A DNA stretch of 64,000 nt, from positions 44,144,001-44,208,000 of the forward strand of contig NC_135656.1 of assembly GCF_964188315.1 (NCBI RefSeq), in the 5' to 3' direction. This DNA comes from Podarcis muralis. Taxonomy: Eukaryota. Shown here in pieces: positions 1 to 12,459 of this stretch. Numbering within the stretch: position 1 is the stretch's first letter; each line of letters begins with the position of its first letter. The position numbers were made by a program, and so were the translations under genes. The notes below the pieces were generated by a model. It ran no database searches and was not told the DNA's origin. It saw only the letters and a list, made by a program, of their open reading frames with translations.

Positions 1-1209
1 CACATACTGAAAATCATTCCCAGTAGATTCATGTAGTCTGGTGTGGGGTCTTCCAGGGTAGGGTTATTCTCTGTGGATGGAGGTTTGTATCTATAAAGTA
101 AAAATTCCCATTATGGTGGAAAGAAAACATTTTAAATTATGCTTGAAAATAAAACATTTGCTTTATCCACCACCATATCAAAATAAGGAGTAAGACATCA
201 ATGGGAGTTTCTCTGCTGCTAATAAGGCTTTGTGCAGCTTCAAGCCAATATGCCTAAAGTTGTTTAGGTGTGGGAAACATTTAGTCCTCCACATGTTGCT
301 GAAGTACAGCTCCTATCAGCTCCAGCAAACATGGCCAATGGCCAGGGATAAAGGGAGTCATATTTAAGTAACATCTGGAGGCCAGACATTCTCTGAACCT
401 GCTCTAGTGTCTGTGGAAAAAGAAATGGTGCCAGTCTCCAAAATTGTTCTCTCACAGTTCAGGAAAAACATCTCTCCTAAAGGTTACTCAGTCACATCTT
501 TCTGGATTTTCCAAGCACTCATATTACATGAATTTGTTGTGAAAATTATATATTGTACTTCTTCTGTATGTTGCAAGGATGAGTGCTTTCTATATATCCA
601 TGAAAACATTAGTGACCAGCAACACAAGCTGCTAATACTATTTTGTAAACTTTTAAAAACTTTGTTTTATAAAAAAAAAGGTGTAACTGCCCTGTGTTTC
701 TGGCATGTCCATGTGTCCCTTTTAAAAAAAGTGATGGATATGTGATGGGGAAGTTTTCTAGCTAAATGACAGCACACGCCAGTCCACCCTATTCTCTTTG
801 AACCAGGACTTGCAGTTGGGGCACATTTTGATCATCACCAGTCAACCACCACTAGCCATCTCTGTCCCTGAGTCTCCCTCTGCTGCAGTTTCCCCCATGA
901 AAAGTTTCCCCTATTGCCCAGTCTGGTGGCTATTAGGAAAGGCCGCCTCTCTCTCTCGCCCTCCGCCTTGCGTTGCCATGGCGACCCCATGCCCGTCCCG
1001 CGCTATAGCGAGGGGTGACGTCTCAGCGCCCCCTTCCGCATCACACGCCACTCCCTCGGCTCAATCTTTCCGTGCCAAAGGTCGCCCAACTCGCGCCCTC
1101 TCCGTGGCTTTGCCCGGGCAGCTCACCCGCCCCCCCGCCCACGGCCCCCCGCCGCTGACCTGAGAACGCGATTTGGCCGCCGCGGGTCCATTACGTTGTT
1201 ACCGGCCAT
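1..1209 (-). CDS. WDR83OS: WDR83OS / Asterix (PAT complex subunit), partial: coding exons 1160-1209 and 1-90 (runs off the window start)
   Basis: Exon 1 (ATG at 1209-1207) reads [17 protein letters not shown], 50 nt then GT donor. Exon 2 follows tttatag and reads (R)[29 protein letters not shown]. Matches the recalled human Asterix N-terminus ([21 protein letters not shown]...[17 protein letters not shown]). Head-to-head with WDR83 as in human. Confidence 0.95.
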
Positions 1210-1400
1210 CGTGCACCGCCTTTGGCTAACTCCGAGCGGCGCCCCCCCCCCGGTCGCCGCCGCCACACCAACTTCCGCTTCCTTTCAGTGGCGCAAGGGG
1301 GACAACTAAGAGTGTAACACCTGAGAGTTCAAGCCTTCTCGTTCCGGTCATCATTCCCGAGGCCGCGGTACTGAAGAGGCTTTAGCGGATTAATCTTCTG
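960..1400. promoter_or_regulatory. CpG-rich bidirectional promoter shared by WDR83OS and WDR83
   Basis: GC/CpG-rich stretch between divergent start codons (1209 on -, 2362 on +); ETS/GABP-like ACTTCCGCTTCC at 1271-1282; CRE-like TGACGTCT at 1016-1023. Confidence 0.75.
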
Positions 1401-2361
1401 TGGGGAGATGCTATGGGTTGTTCAACTGAGGGAAGGAATACAGAACCTTCGGGGTTTTTTTTTCCTGCCAGGGTGGGGAAATCCACGCTGCGAATGGGCG
1501 GAACTAAAGATGAGGTAGCTGTGCACCAAGGGGAGCGAATTGGAGGGCTGCGCCGTGTCCCTCATTCAATCTTCCTCCTTCCCATAATAAAATCTGGTTT
1601 TCAATTGGCAGTTAAACGTTTGGGGGAAGCTATAAGAGGTGCTAAGTCGTTTTTCAGTCATGTTGAGTATCCTTCCGAATGGGAAGTCTGCGCATGTTTG
1701 ATTCCTGGTTGGGGTCTGAAGGGACATGGCTGAAACGAAGCAGGTTTGGGTCTGTTCAGTGACTGCCCCGGAACCACATGTAGAAGAAAGGCGGCATATA
1801 AATTTAAGAAAATAAGTAAATCAAGCTATATAGGCAAGGCACTGTAAAGGATAATACAGCATTTCTCAAAAATGGCTATCATAGGAGGAGAGTTAGATTG
1901 AGAAGAGCATCAGGGAGTAGTAGAGAGAGTTGTCTGGTGGTTCTCTGCAAGTTTAAAGAACTGTATATGTGCTACAGGGTTTGCTATGTAAAGATAACAT
2001 TTAACTGGTTTGGAAAGAGACGGATTTCTAGAGGGTTGATAGAAACTTGTAAAATAAGATAAGCAAGGCTACATGACGTAGGTGATTTGCCTTTGCCAAT
2101 TTTCCTTTCTGGAGAAAAAAAATGGTCTTTACCATTGTGAGGAAACTGGTAGCTTGAGTAGCTGATTTCTCCCTATGCCTGTGTCGTTTTGTAATAGGGT
2201 GGTATTCCAAATGGAAGAAAAATCCCAGACGCATGGCAATCCTAACACATCACATCAATTCACTTTGGGGTTTTTGTAGTACTTGAGAATTTGCTGTCAA
2301 GTTACAGCTGTTGCATCCAGTATAGAAGAATCCCCATATAGCACGCCTGCTTGTCTTCATC

Positions 2362-5300
2362 ATGACCTTTCCAGAGCCAAAACTGAAGAAGCCTGAGTTG
2401 CCAAAGAAACTTCTGGGCACACTGGAATGTAAACAGGGAGCTGTCAGGGCAGTGAGGTTCAATGGTGAGTATATCCTTGATCTTATAACATGGTGTTGAA
2501 TTTTTAGAACCAAAGAAACAAAGCAGAGTCTAGTGTGTGATTTACAATTTTTAGAGGTGAAGTTGTGGTAGCCTGTTGCAGTTAAACCAGCAAGGAGTCT
2601 TGTGACGCCTTAGTTAACGCAGGTGTGGGGATGCTGTGACCTTCTGGATGTTCCTGGACTACAACTCCCATCATCCCTGATTGTTGGCTGGGGCTGGTGG
2701 GAGTTGGAATTCAGTAACAGCTGGAGGGTCACAGCTTCTCTTTTGCCTTAAAGAACAACAAATTTTATTACGGTATAAGTCTTTGAAAACAACATTCATC
2801 AGATGCATGAAGTGCAATCCTCAGTTACCTGGTACATATACATAGAAAAGTGCAAAGGGGGAAACCCAATTGTATAGCAATGCAATGTAGAAAGTATTAG
2901 GGCACTATTCAACTAAGGGTTTGTGCTAGTGCAAGGATTAACACTAGCACAGAGGGATTTTCCCTTCTTCTACACTGTATGCCCTGTGCCATCCCCAAAT
3001 CCGCTCTGGAGGGTTGGGGTGGGGGGAAACCCAGAACAGATTTAGAGTGGGGGATGGGGAGAAGGGAGAGACAGAATGTTCCATTGCTCAAGAGGAAATC
3101 CTTGCACTGATGGAACATTCAGCTTAGTGCTATGTTGAATATGATCCTTAGTTCATATTCAAGCTAAAGAAAATAATGATTGGGGGAAGGTGTCTATACC
3201 GTGGTTATAGGTTTCTTGCTCAGGGAGAAAATTTGTGACTGCAGCAGGAATAGTGGAACCTGTGTAGCACATGCAGAAAATAGGAAAGGGAAATCTGTCA
3301 GGAACACTGCTGAAGAGTGTTTCATTGTATATTGTTCAATGAGTTTTTCCTCCCCCCCCCCCCCCCCCCGCAGTGGATGGAAATTATTGTCTCACCTGTG
3401 GCAGTGACAAATCACTTAAGCTCTGGAACCCCCTCAAAGGCACTCTCCTTAAGACTTACAGTGGCCATGGCTATGAGGTTCTGGATGCAGCAGGGTAAGA
3501 ACTGGGGAGAGGGAGCCACTCTTTTGGAAAAAGAGATTTTGTGGTGAAATACCACCAGTAATTTTGAGATGGTATGCCCTTTTAAAATGTGGCTCTTTTT
3601 TTGGGGGGGGGGGGTTATTGGGTTGTTTTTATTTTGACTATATATATTGTGGTTTTATATTTTGACTTTGTTCTGTGAACCACCCTAAGACCTCCAGGTA
3701 TAGGGTAGTACAGTAGTACCTTGGTTTGCATACGTTTTGGATTACAAACACGTCAAACCCAGAACTGCGTGTCCCGGTTTGCAACCTTTTTTTGAATTAC
3801 AACCCATTTCTTTTGGATTATGAACAAATTTTTTTTTGGAGGCCCCATTGGCGAAAGCGTGCCTTAGGTTACAACCAGTTTTGGTTTACAAATGGACCTC
3901 TGGAACTGATTATGGTTGTAAACCAAGGTACCACTGTATATAAAATCAATCAATCAATAATAATAAAAACTGGCTGGAAAGCAGGTGGGTCACTGGTCAG
4001 AACTTTTGTGGTCTATGCCTCGTCTACTTTTCTACTGGAGTTGTGAGCAGGGCAAAGTAGAGTTTTAAAAATTGCTTGGTAAACAAATTAAATCCTCTGA
4101 CCTGCCTGTGTTGCATAAATTTAACTTTTAATGTTATACAATAGAGCTGGAAAACAAATTATTTATAAAATTCATGATCAAAAGAAAAAGATGGGTGAAT
4201 AAAATGTTTACATTCCAGAAAGAAAGAAAAATCAATTTCTCCATGAAGCTATCAGTTGTATATTAAACCAATTTAAATGAATTGTCTTAATTTGCAAAAC
4301 TTGAACTTGCTAGCTGTTGGGAGAAAACCTGTGAATAGCATAGTAATACTGTCCCACTACCCAGCCAGTGATAATAGGATATCCTATTCAGTCCCTGCTC
4401 CATACATTTGAACCCATTTTTAATGTCCTAAGGTTTGAAACTTAGCTTTTGAAAAATTATATCTGACATTCTTAATACAGTAAGAATACAGTAATTCAGG
4501 GAGTTGCACATACAGGAAGCAATCAGGATGCTTTCCCCATCATTATCTGTCTCCATCCACTCTGCAGATCATTTGATAACAGCCAGCTTTGTTCATGTGG
4601 TGCGGACAAGACAGTAGTGTTGTGGGATGTTGCCACAGGTCAAGTGATTCGCAAGTTCCGTGGCCATGCAGGGGTAAGACCTCTTCTGTCCTTTGTCGCT
4701 TCCAAGAAAATGGAACAGAGTAACTTCCCTGGATCAGACCAATCTAGTCTAGCATCCTTTTCACCACAGTGACCAATCTCAAATCTCACAAGCTGGGTAT
4801 GAGAGCTTTTGTTTCTCAGTGGCCGGTACTCAAAATCGTGCTGCCTCTGATTTTGGAAGACTGTAATGTATAGGGTAAAAGCCTCAGCGCCTAGGACTTG
4901 CCGATCGCATGGTCGGCGGTTCGAATCCCCGCAGCGGGGTGCGCTCCCGTTGCTTGGTCCCAGCGCCTGCCAACCTAGCAGTTCGAAAGCACCCTTGGGT
5001 GCAAGTAGATAAATAGGGACCGCTTACCAGCGGGAAGGTAAACGGCGTTCCGTCTGCTGCGCTGGCTCGCCAGATGCAGCTTGTCACGCTGGCCATGTGA
5101 CCCGGAAGTGTCTGCGGACAGCGCTGGCTCCCGGCCTATAGAGTGAGATGAGCGCACAACCCTAGAGTCTGGCAAGACTGGCCCGTACGGGCAGGGGTAC
5201 CTTTACCTTTACCTAATGTATAGCTATCATGACTAGTAGCCATTGATAGCTTTATCCTCCATTACTTTGTTCAATTCCCTTTCTAAGCCATTTATGTTGG

Positions 5301-7138
5301 TTGTCATTGCCACATCTTGTGGCAGTGAATTCCATAGTTTAACTATGTGCTGTGTTAAGAAATCCTTCCTTTTGACTGTCCTGAATCTTCCACCAGTTTC
5401 ATTGGATCACCCCAGGTTATAATGCTATATAACAGGGAGAAAAGGTCTGTGTCCACTTTTTCTGTACCCTGTATAATTTTATATACTTCTGTAATGTCTG
5501 TGCATCCTACTTACTCACCTTTTTTCCTAAACTAAAAAACACCAAATACTGCAATCTTTCTGCATAGGCGAGTTTCTTCACCCACCTGATCCATTTTGCT
5601 TGCCCTTTTCTGCACATGATTCAAATATCCAGCTTTATGCACATAAGAAGGTGAATTCTTTTGAGCTTCCACTGGAGGATGACGGTAGAAATGTGTCCTG
5701 CCTCACAGTGACTGGATAATGTCTGCAGTTTTGTCTATTTGGCATCTAAAAACCTGTGCGGTAGAAAATACTATTGACACATTAGATACTACAGTAGGAG
5801 GAAGTTTATGAGAAGTGTCAAAATATTGCATGCTGGCTACAAAACCACATTGGATGTTTGGCTTGTGGGGTGGAAATAGTAATGAAGAGAGAGCTCTGTA
5901 GGAGTTCAAAGAGTTGAGGTACTTTGTGTAGAAATGTGGCAGGAATGGGAACAGAGAATGTAATCCTTCTATGCTTGAATCTGTTAAACCAGTCGGACAA
6001 TAGTCATTGCTTATCTCATTCTCTTCTCTCTATCCTCACCTGGCAGAAAGTAAACTGTGTCCAGTTCAATGAAGAGGCAACTGTGATCCTTTCAGGTAAG
6101 GAATACCTTCCTTCTCACTCTGCTTCACTGTTAATCCCAGAGAACTCATTTTAGGCTCTACTCAATATACATCTTTGCTCTCTTGCAGGTGCTATTGACT
6201 CCAGTGTCCGCTGCTGGGATTGCCGGTCACGCAGACCAGATCCCATCCAAATCCTGGATGAGGCCAAGGATGGCATTTCCAGTCTGAAGGTGTCAGACCA
6301 TGAAATCCTTACAGGGTAAGGAAAGGTGGAGTGAAGTTAGAGCTGGAGAGGGCAAATTCCCCGCCAAGCGAAGTCCATGCTGGACCTTGGGATCTGTTAA
6401 GGGCTTCCCGACCCATCCAGGTGTGTTTCACCCCTCTACTCATCTGCAATGGATTGAAGGAAGCAGACTCAGGAAGCCCTATGGCCGCAATCACATTCCA
6501 AAATACAGTGTATGGCCACTGACATTGTTTTGTTATATATAATTATTAGGACTTGCCGATCGCATGGTCGGCGGTTCGAATCCCTGCGGCGGGGTGAGCT
6601 CCCGTCGTTCGGTCCCAGCTCCTGCCCACCTAGCAAGTGCAAGTAGATAAATACCGTATTTTTCGCTCTATAACACGCACCAGACCATAACACGCACGTA
6701 GTTTTTAGAGGAGGAAAACAAAAAAAAAATATTCTAAACAAAACAGTGGATGTATGATTTTTGTGGTTCATGCTGTGGCCACAGACATGTGATCTGACGG
6801 TGAGTTTGGGGTAGCCCAATGCAAAAATCCTGAGGATCCATGTGGATCCATGCTAAAGTCACCCTAAAGTCGCAGGGGCGCTGGGGGAGTGAACAGGAAG
6901 CAGGAGGAGGAGAACAATCCCTCTCACACACAGACACACACACACACAGAGTATCAATCCTAAAGTCGCAGGAGAGGCAGGGGCACTGGGAGTGGGAAGC
7001 AAGAGAAGGAGAACGATCCCCCCCCCTCTCTCTCTCTCTCACACACACACAGTATCAATCCTAAAGTCGCAGGAGAGCGCAGGGGCGCTGGGAGAGTGAA
7101 GGGGAAGCAAGAGGAGAACGATGCCTCACACACACACA

Positions 7139-7182
<44 letters not shown>

Positions 7183-7346
7183 CAATCCTAAAGTCGCAGG
7201 AGAGCGCAGGGGCGCTGGGAGTGGGAAGCAAGAGAAGGAGAACGATCCCCCCCTCTCTCTCTCTCACACACACAGTATCAATCCTAAAGTCGCAGGAGAG
7301 TGCAGGGGCGCTGGGAGAGTGAAGGGGAAGCAAGAGGAGAACGATG

Positions 7347-7387
<41 letters not shown>

Positions 7388-7552
7388 CAATCCTAAAGTC
7401 GCAGGAGAGCGCAGGGGCGCTGGGAGTGGGAAGCAAGAGAAGGAGAACGATCCCCCCCCCCTCTCTCACACACACACACAGTATCAATCCTAAAGTCGCA
7501 GGAGAGCGCAGGGGCGCTGGGAGAGTGAAGGGGAAGCAAGAGGAGAACGATG

Positions 7553-7593
<41 letters not shown>

Positions 7594-7777
7594 CAATCCT
7601 AAAGTCGCAGGGGCGCTGGAAGTAGCAGGGGCGCTGGGAGAGTGAAGGGGAAGCAAGAGAAGGAGAACAATGCCTCACACACAGAGAGACACACAAAGTA
7701 TCACTCCTAAAGTCGCAGGAGAGCGCTGGGGCGCTGTGAGAGTGAACAGGAAGGAGGAGGAGGAGAACGATAGCTCA

Positions 7778-7810
<33 letters not shown>

Positions 7811-10800
7811 CCCCTACAGTGGCTGATCCAAAATCGGACAGCAAAAAACTGCAGGCAGGGACACGGGGTTGTTTTAAAGCAACCAGCCCCGATCTGCTTC
7901 TCTCCCTCCTCCCGGCTAGGCTGGCTGAAAAGCTTTGCTGCTACTTAGCAGCTCAGTGGAGAAGAGAGAGGGACATAGAGCACGGGGTTGTTTTAAAGCA
8001 ACCAACCCCGCTCTGCTTCTCTCCCTCTGCCCGGCTCGGCTCGCTGACAGGAGCCGCTTACACCCGCTTTGCAGTTTGAAAGAGAGCCACGGACTGCTCA
8101 CAACTGCAGCGGATTCCCCTGCCATCTGTAGGCATTCGCTCCATAACACGCACAGACATTTCCCCTTACTTTCCAGGAGGAAAAAACTGCGTGTTATAGA
8201 GCGAAAAATACGGTAGGTACCGCTTTATAGTGGGAAGGTAAACGGCGTTCCGTGTGCTGCTCTGGTGCCGGTTCGCCAGAGCAGCTTCGTCACGCTGGCC
8301 ACGTGACCCGGAAGTGTCTCCGGACAGCGCTGGCTCCCGGCCTCTAGAGTGAGATGAGTGCACAACCCTAGAGTCTGTCAAGACTGGCCCGTACGGGCAG
8401 GGGTACCTTTACCTTTATAAATATAAAACTTTTTAACATTATATTCTATGCTGTTCTTATAAAGCTGGTGTTTTGCATTACCAGCATTTGACAATACTTG
8501 TCTGACCAATTGATCAGATTCTTTTTGGACTAATAAAAAGCCCAATCCTAGAGTCACACAGCTGTGTAGATCCATACTGTGTAGTATCCTCTCATTTCTA
8601 AACTTTCATCAGAAACGAAGAAATATTTTCAGTGTTTGCTCCAAAAGGGAGAAAGTTAGTTTCAAAAGAATGCAGGTGTATAGGGAATCCTGTCCCACAA
8701 CTTGAGTTCCATGGTTTGAAAACCAGGAATGTTGAAAGGGCACCCTTTGAGACCTCAGGGTCGTCTGCCAATGTGCCTGCTGAGTGCCACCCTCCTGCTG
8801 CCAGCTAATTTCCACTGCCCCTTTTTTATTTTTCAGTTCTGTGGATGGGCGTGTCCGGCGCTATGACCTCCGTGCTGGGGAGCTCTACTCAGATTACATT
8901 GGAAGTGAGTGTTGCTTATAGACTTATTGACAATTTGGTATGATGAGAGACAATTTTCAGGGTGATGGTTCCTGTTGCATTTCCTTTGTCTCCCTCACCT
9001 GTATTCCCCTGCCTCTTCTCTTTAGCAGATGCCCCTCAGGTCCAAACCGAAGGGACCTGCCACATCTTGTATCATGTCCGACACAGACTCATTCTAGGCA
9101 GTGGGTTGACTTGATCTCTGCAAGCTACTATTCCTTCCTTCCTTCCTTCCTTCCTTCCTTCCTTCCTTCCTTCCTTCCTTCCTTCCTTCCTGAAGAAGCT
9201 CCTAAGAACAAGTTCTGATGGGGATTGCCCAGAATCTTGCACTTTTTTGTTTCTTGATGCAATCAAACCCAACACTACCATATTTTCATTATAGGTCCCA
9301 TCACCTGCGTGTGTTTCAGCAAAGATGGGCAATGTACCCTGGCTGCTAGCTTGGATTCTACTCTGCGTTTGCTGGACAAGGATACGGGTGAACTACTAGG
9401 AGAGTAAGCAATGCAGTTATTTAGTCCTGTCATTAAAGCTTGCCCTACCCCACCCTGTTGTCGACAGACAATAGCAGCTCTAAAGAGTGGCTGTTCTTCA
9501 GCATTTGGGTGCAGCCAATCCAGTGTTTAAGTGTATGAGTGTTTCCATGTAAAAGAACCTAGAGGACTAGAGAAATTTGTGCAATACAGATCTTTATACA
9601 TTGAATCAGAGCCACAGTCAGTCTGCCTTGAACTCTGCTGATGCTGGGCTTTTGTTATCCTCCATCTGCCTTGTCAGGGACTAGTAACAACCATAGGTGT
9701 TACTTATGGGGGAAAGCCTGACTGAGAAAAGCAGAAATATTCTACTCTTTCTCATCCCATTTCCTCCCCCAATGACACCCCTAGATATACAGGCCACAAG
9801 AATGTAACCTATAAGATGGACTGCTGCATGAGCGAGAGGGACACTCATGTCGGGAGCTGCTCTGAGGATGGGAAGGTGTACTTCTGGGACCTAGTGGAGG
9901 TGAGCAGAATGACCTGGGGAAATGGAGAGATTTTTTCTTGGGCGGTCCTGTGACTTACCAGTGCTTCATGGGAGTTGAGCCACAGATACTGTGTGTGTGT
10001 GCAGGGGTGCAGTTTGGGGGGCTTGAATTCCGTTTGGTTGGATAAGGCAGCATTTAATCTTGGACAACAAAGCATGAAACCTTCTCTCCAAATTGTTGGT
10101 GGTCAGCAGAGACTTTAACTCAGTGCCTTAACTGCTGACAGTAATCGTAGCTTTTTTTGTATGACCTAGTTGCCTGAATATGACCACTAAGAACATAGGC
10201 AGAGAAATTAATACATAGCATTTTCCAATCTATGTGTTAAACGAACAGTTAAAGCAGTGGTTTTCAGCCAGTGTGCCGTGGCACCCTGGGGTGCTTTGAA
10301 TGATGGTCAGGGGTGTCGTGGGCAACAGTGGCCTCTGTCCCTCTTTCTTTCCCTCCCTCCCTCCCTCTGGTGCCCTCTTGCATCTCTGCCTTCCAAAGGC
10401 TTGCAGAGTTATTTATTGCAGCGGCCCTGGCTACAAGCTCCCTAGGTGAATGGTGCCTCTGGGGCTGGTCAGGGAGGATCAAGGGGGCCGCTCAGAGACC
10501 AGGGGAAGCAGCTGCGGCTGCCCAGAGGACCCCCAAGGAGAGTGGATTGGAAAGGAGGCTGAGGGAACACTCCACAAGGGTGTTTGAAAAAGGGTGAAAA
10601 GCTGCCAGCTCAGAAGGCAAGGGGTGACATAACTGGGCTCCTGAGCCCCACAGAGGTGCCACAGAAAGAATGTAGTTGGTCAAGGGAGCCATGGACTCAA
10701 AAAGATTGAAAATATCTGAGTTAAAGTGTTACATATACCAGTATCACTTATCTGAAGTTTAAGGGAGGAAGCGCTTTTGATGCAACTGTATTGGTTCTAA

Positions 10801-11200
10801 GCTAAATGCAAGATTTTAAATCTCTGGTGTAAATAACATTTGCTTCCTCATGACCACTGAGGATCAGGTAGAGTTTGCATGCTTTCCACTGCAAGGCATT
10901 TCTTCTCTTTCCTCTCTTGAACTTGGACGGTCTCTTTCTCATATAGATCATTCAGCACAAGAGGTGGTGCTTGAAAAGCAGATGCAATTCTGAACTCCAG
11001 CCCATGTCTACCCTTACCTTCATTATTCTTCTCTCTCCTCTTCACAGGGGTCCCTTGCCCTGAGCTTGCCTGTGAGCAAGACTGCAGTTCAGTCTCTGTC
11101 CTTCCACCCAACTGAGTCTTGCTTGCTCACTGCTGCAGAGGGCCGTGTGCAGTTTTGGAGGGAGGAGTCATACGTGGCCGAGGAAGGGGAACCAGCCTGA
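2362..11200 (+). CDS. WDR83: WD repeat domain 83 (MORG1), 316 aa; join(2362-2464,3374-3494,4568-4673,6047-6095,6189-6315,8837-8904,9295-9403,9785-9899,11048-11200)
   Basis: Spliced frame open, 951 nt, all GT-AG with consistent phases. MTFPEPKLKKPELPKKLLGTLECKQGAVRAVRFNVDGNYCLTCGSDKSLKLWNP ... SCSEDGKVYFWDLVEGSLALSLPV ... WREESYVAEEGEPA*; matches recalled human WDR83. Confidence 0.97.
2625..2742. mobile_element. Small palindromic MITE-like element in WDR83 intron 1
   Basis: Nested imperfect inverted repeats: ctgtgaccttctggatgtt / aacagctggagggtcacag and actacaactcccatc / gtgggagttggaat. Confidence 0.5.
3711..3936. mobile_element. TcMar/Tigger-like MITE
   Basis: TIRs cagtagtaccttggttt / aaaccaaggtaccactg, flanked by TA on both sides. 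Confidence 0.8.
4874..5213 (+). mobile_element. Sauria (Squam1) SINE, slightly 5'-truncated
   Basis: tRNA-like box B ggttcgaatccc, conserved body, (ACCTTT)n tail; 10-bp target-site duplication taatgtatag at 4864-4873 and 5214-5223. Confidence 0.88.
6547..6653 (+). mobile_element. Sauria SINE, 5' part (interrupted by DNA transposon)
   Basis: Near-identical to 4880-5010; stops at gataaaTA and resumes at 8216. Confidence 0.85.
6654..8213. mobile_element. Non-autonomous TcMar (Tc2/Kanga-like) DNA transposon with internal tandem array
   Basis: Perfect 26-bp TIR ccgtatttttcgctctataacacgca / tgcgtgttatagagcgaaaaatacgg; TA duplication at 6652-6653 and 8214-8215; no transposase ORF. The Tc2 subgroup assignment comes from the recalled CCGTATTT terminus and is an inference. 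Confidence 0.85.
6864..7810. repeat. Compound minisatellite (~100-127 bp units with embedded (CA)n/(CT)n)
   Basis: Anchor gtatcaatcctaaagtcgcagg recurs at 6951, 7052, 7179, 7275, 7384, 7481, 7590 and, as a variant, at 7698. Confidence 0.92.
8216..8417 (+). mobile_element. Sauria SINE, 3' part
   Basis: Continues the SINE consensus ggtaccgc...gggtacctttaccttta exactly where 6653 left off. Confidence 0.85.
9131..9190. repeat. (TTCC)n microsatellite
   Basis: About 15 perfect units in WDR83 intron 6. Confidence 0.95.
10255..10718. mobile_element. hAT-type non-autonomous DNA transposon
   Basis: Imperfect TIRs cagtggttttca / tgaaaatatctg with an exact 8-bp TSD agttaaag at 10247-10254 and 10719-10726. 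Confidence 0.8.
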
Positions 11201-11595
11201 TGGTCCCTGTCCTGGCTTGAGTGGAGGACCGAAGCTGCAAGGAGATGGAACTCTCAGCCATACTTCTCTTCAGAAGCACAGTACTGTTTCCACTGCCTTC
11301 GGGAGGGTGTGCAACACTGGACTCCCCTGCTCTTTGGAATCACACTTTGCAACTGGTGCTTGTAACACTTAATTACAGTCTCTCAGTTCCATACCAGTTT
11401 CCAGAGGGATGGTCATGTTAGTCTCTCTTCCTCAACCATCAGCAGGTTTCTGTTTTATAAGTACTCTCATCTTTCAACATTAATACCAGAGTTGATTGTT
11501 CTCCTTCCCCGCCCCCCAAAAGACTGTATTGTTTTACTGAAAACTAAGTAAAATTAAGTTGTTTTTCAGAATGGTCATTTGCCTAAGGCCACTTA

Positions 11596-11844
11596 GAAGA
11601 AGAAGAGTTTGGATTTGATATCCCGCCTTTCACTCCCCTTCAGGAGTCTCAAAGCGGCTAACATTCTCCTTTCCCTTCCTCCCCCACAACAAACACTCTG
11701 TGAGGTGAGTGGGGCTGAGAGACTTCAAAGAAGTGTGACTGGCCCAAGGTCACCCAGCAGCTGCATGTGGAGGAGCGGAGACGTGAACCCGGTTCCCCAG
11801 ATTACGTGACTACCGCTCTTAACCACTACACCACACTGGCTCTC
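11596..11844 (-). mobile_element. Squam3-like tRNA-derived SINE
   Basis: Reverse complement begins gagagccagtgtggtgtagtggttaagagc (box A), contains gctgggtgaccttgggccagtcac, and ends in a (CTT)n tail. Confidence 0.78.
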
Positions 11845-12459
11845 TTAGTGGCTTCATGACCTTGCAGGTAGGGATCTAAGCCCGGGTTGCTCACATTCAG
11901 CCCCATAATAGAAGTCACTGCTCTACATTGGCTCTTGTGTACTTCAGCATAAATACTATATAAGGAGGCCAGACTGGAATGCAGTAGTCACCAGTCACAC
12001 AACTGGACAGCTCAGTGCACTGCATCACACCACATCCTGGTAGGAGCCTCCTGGCGCAAGTTTAGCCACATTATTCAAACCGGCTTTACCGGTCTGGGAA
12101 ACAAAGATTGCCTGTAGCTGTGTTGATGTCTAATATCAATGAGAAAAACATAAAGCATGCTGGGACACGAGAGTAGGCCTAAGTGCCAAACAGAGACATT
12201 TTAAAGAGCTTACTACAAACAGGTTGGAGCCCTTCTTGACACACTGTTGCTCTAAGAGTGCTTAGGTGTCTAGGAGTTAGGCAGCACTTCCTTCCCCTTT
12301 CCTGATGTTTCCTTACCTGATAATTTTTGTGTTTCATGTGATCAACAGCTATTTACTTTCACAAAATGCCCAAACTGCACAACATGTAAGGAGATCACAT
12401 AAGAGGTACATGGTGGAGTAGTGACCAGATATTTCTGAAGTCACAGCTCTATTGTTTTA

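Noticed and set aside
4915-4935. tRNA box-B-like ggttcgaatccc motifs (also at 6570, 25078, 60685)
   Set aside because: SINE heads, not tRNA genes; no cloverleaf.
6864-7810. Repeat-spacer-like pattern resembling a CRISPR array
   Set aside because: Vertebrate DNA; the 'spacers' are microsatellites and are themselves repeated; no cas genes.
6734-7948. Cluster of HT/CV-rich ORFs
   Set aside because: Translations of (CA)n-containing minisatellite units.
8940-8946. C-box-like ATGATGA in WDR83 intron 6
   Set aside because: No D box at a suitable distance.
11145-11372. 75-aa ORF suggesting a WDR83 C-terminal extension
   Set aside because: Different frame from the spliced WDR83 exon, which stops at TGA 11198-11200.
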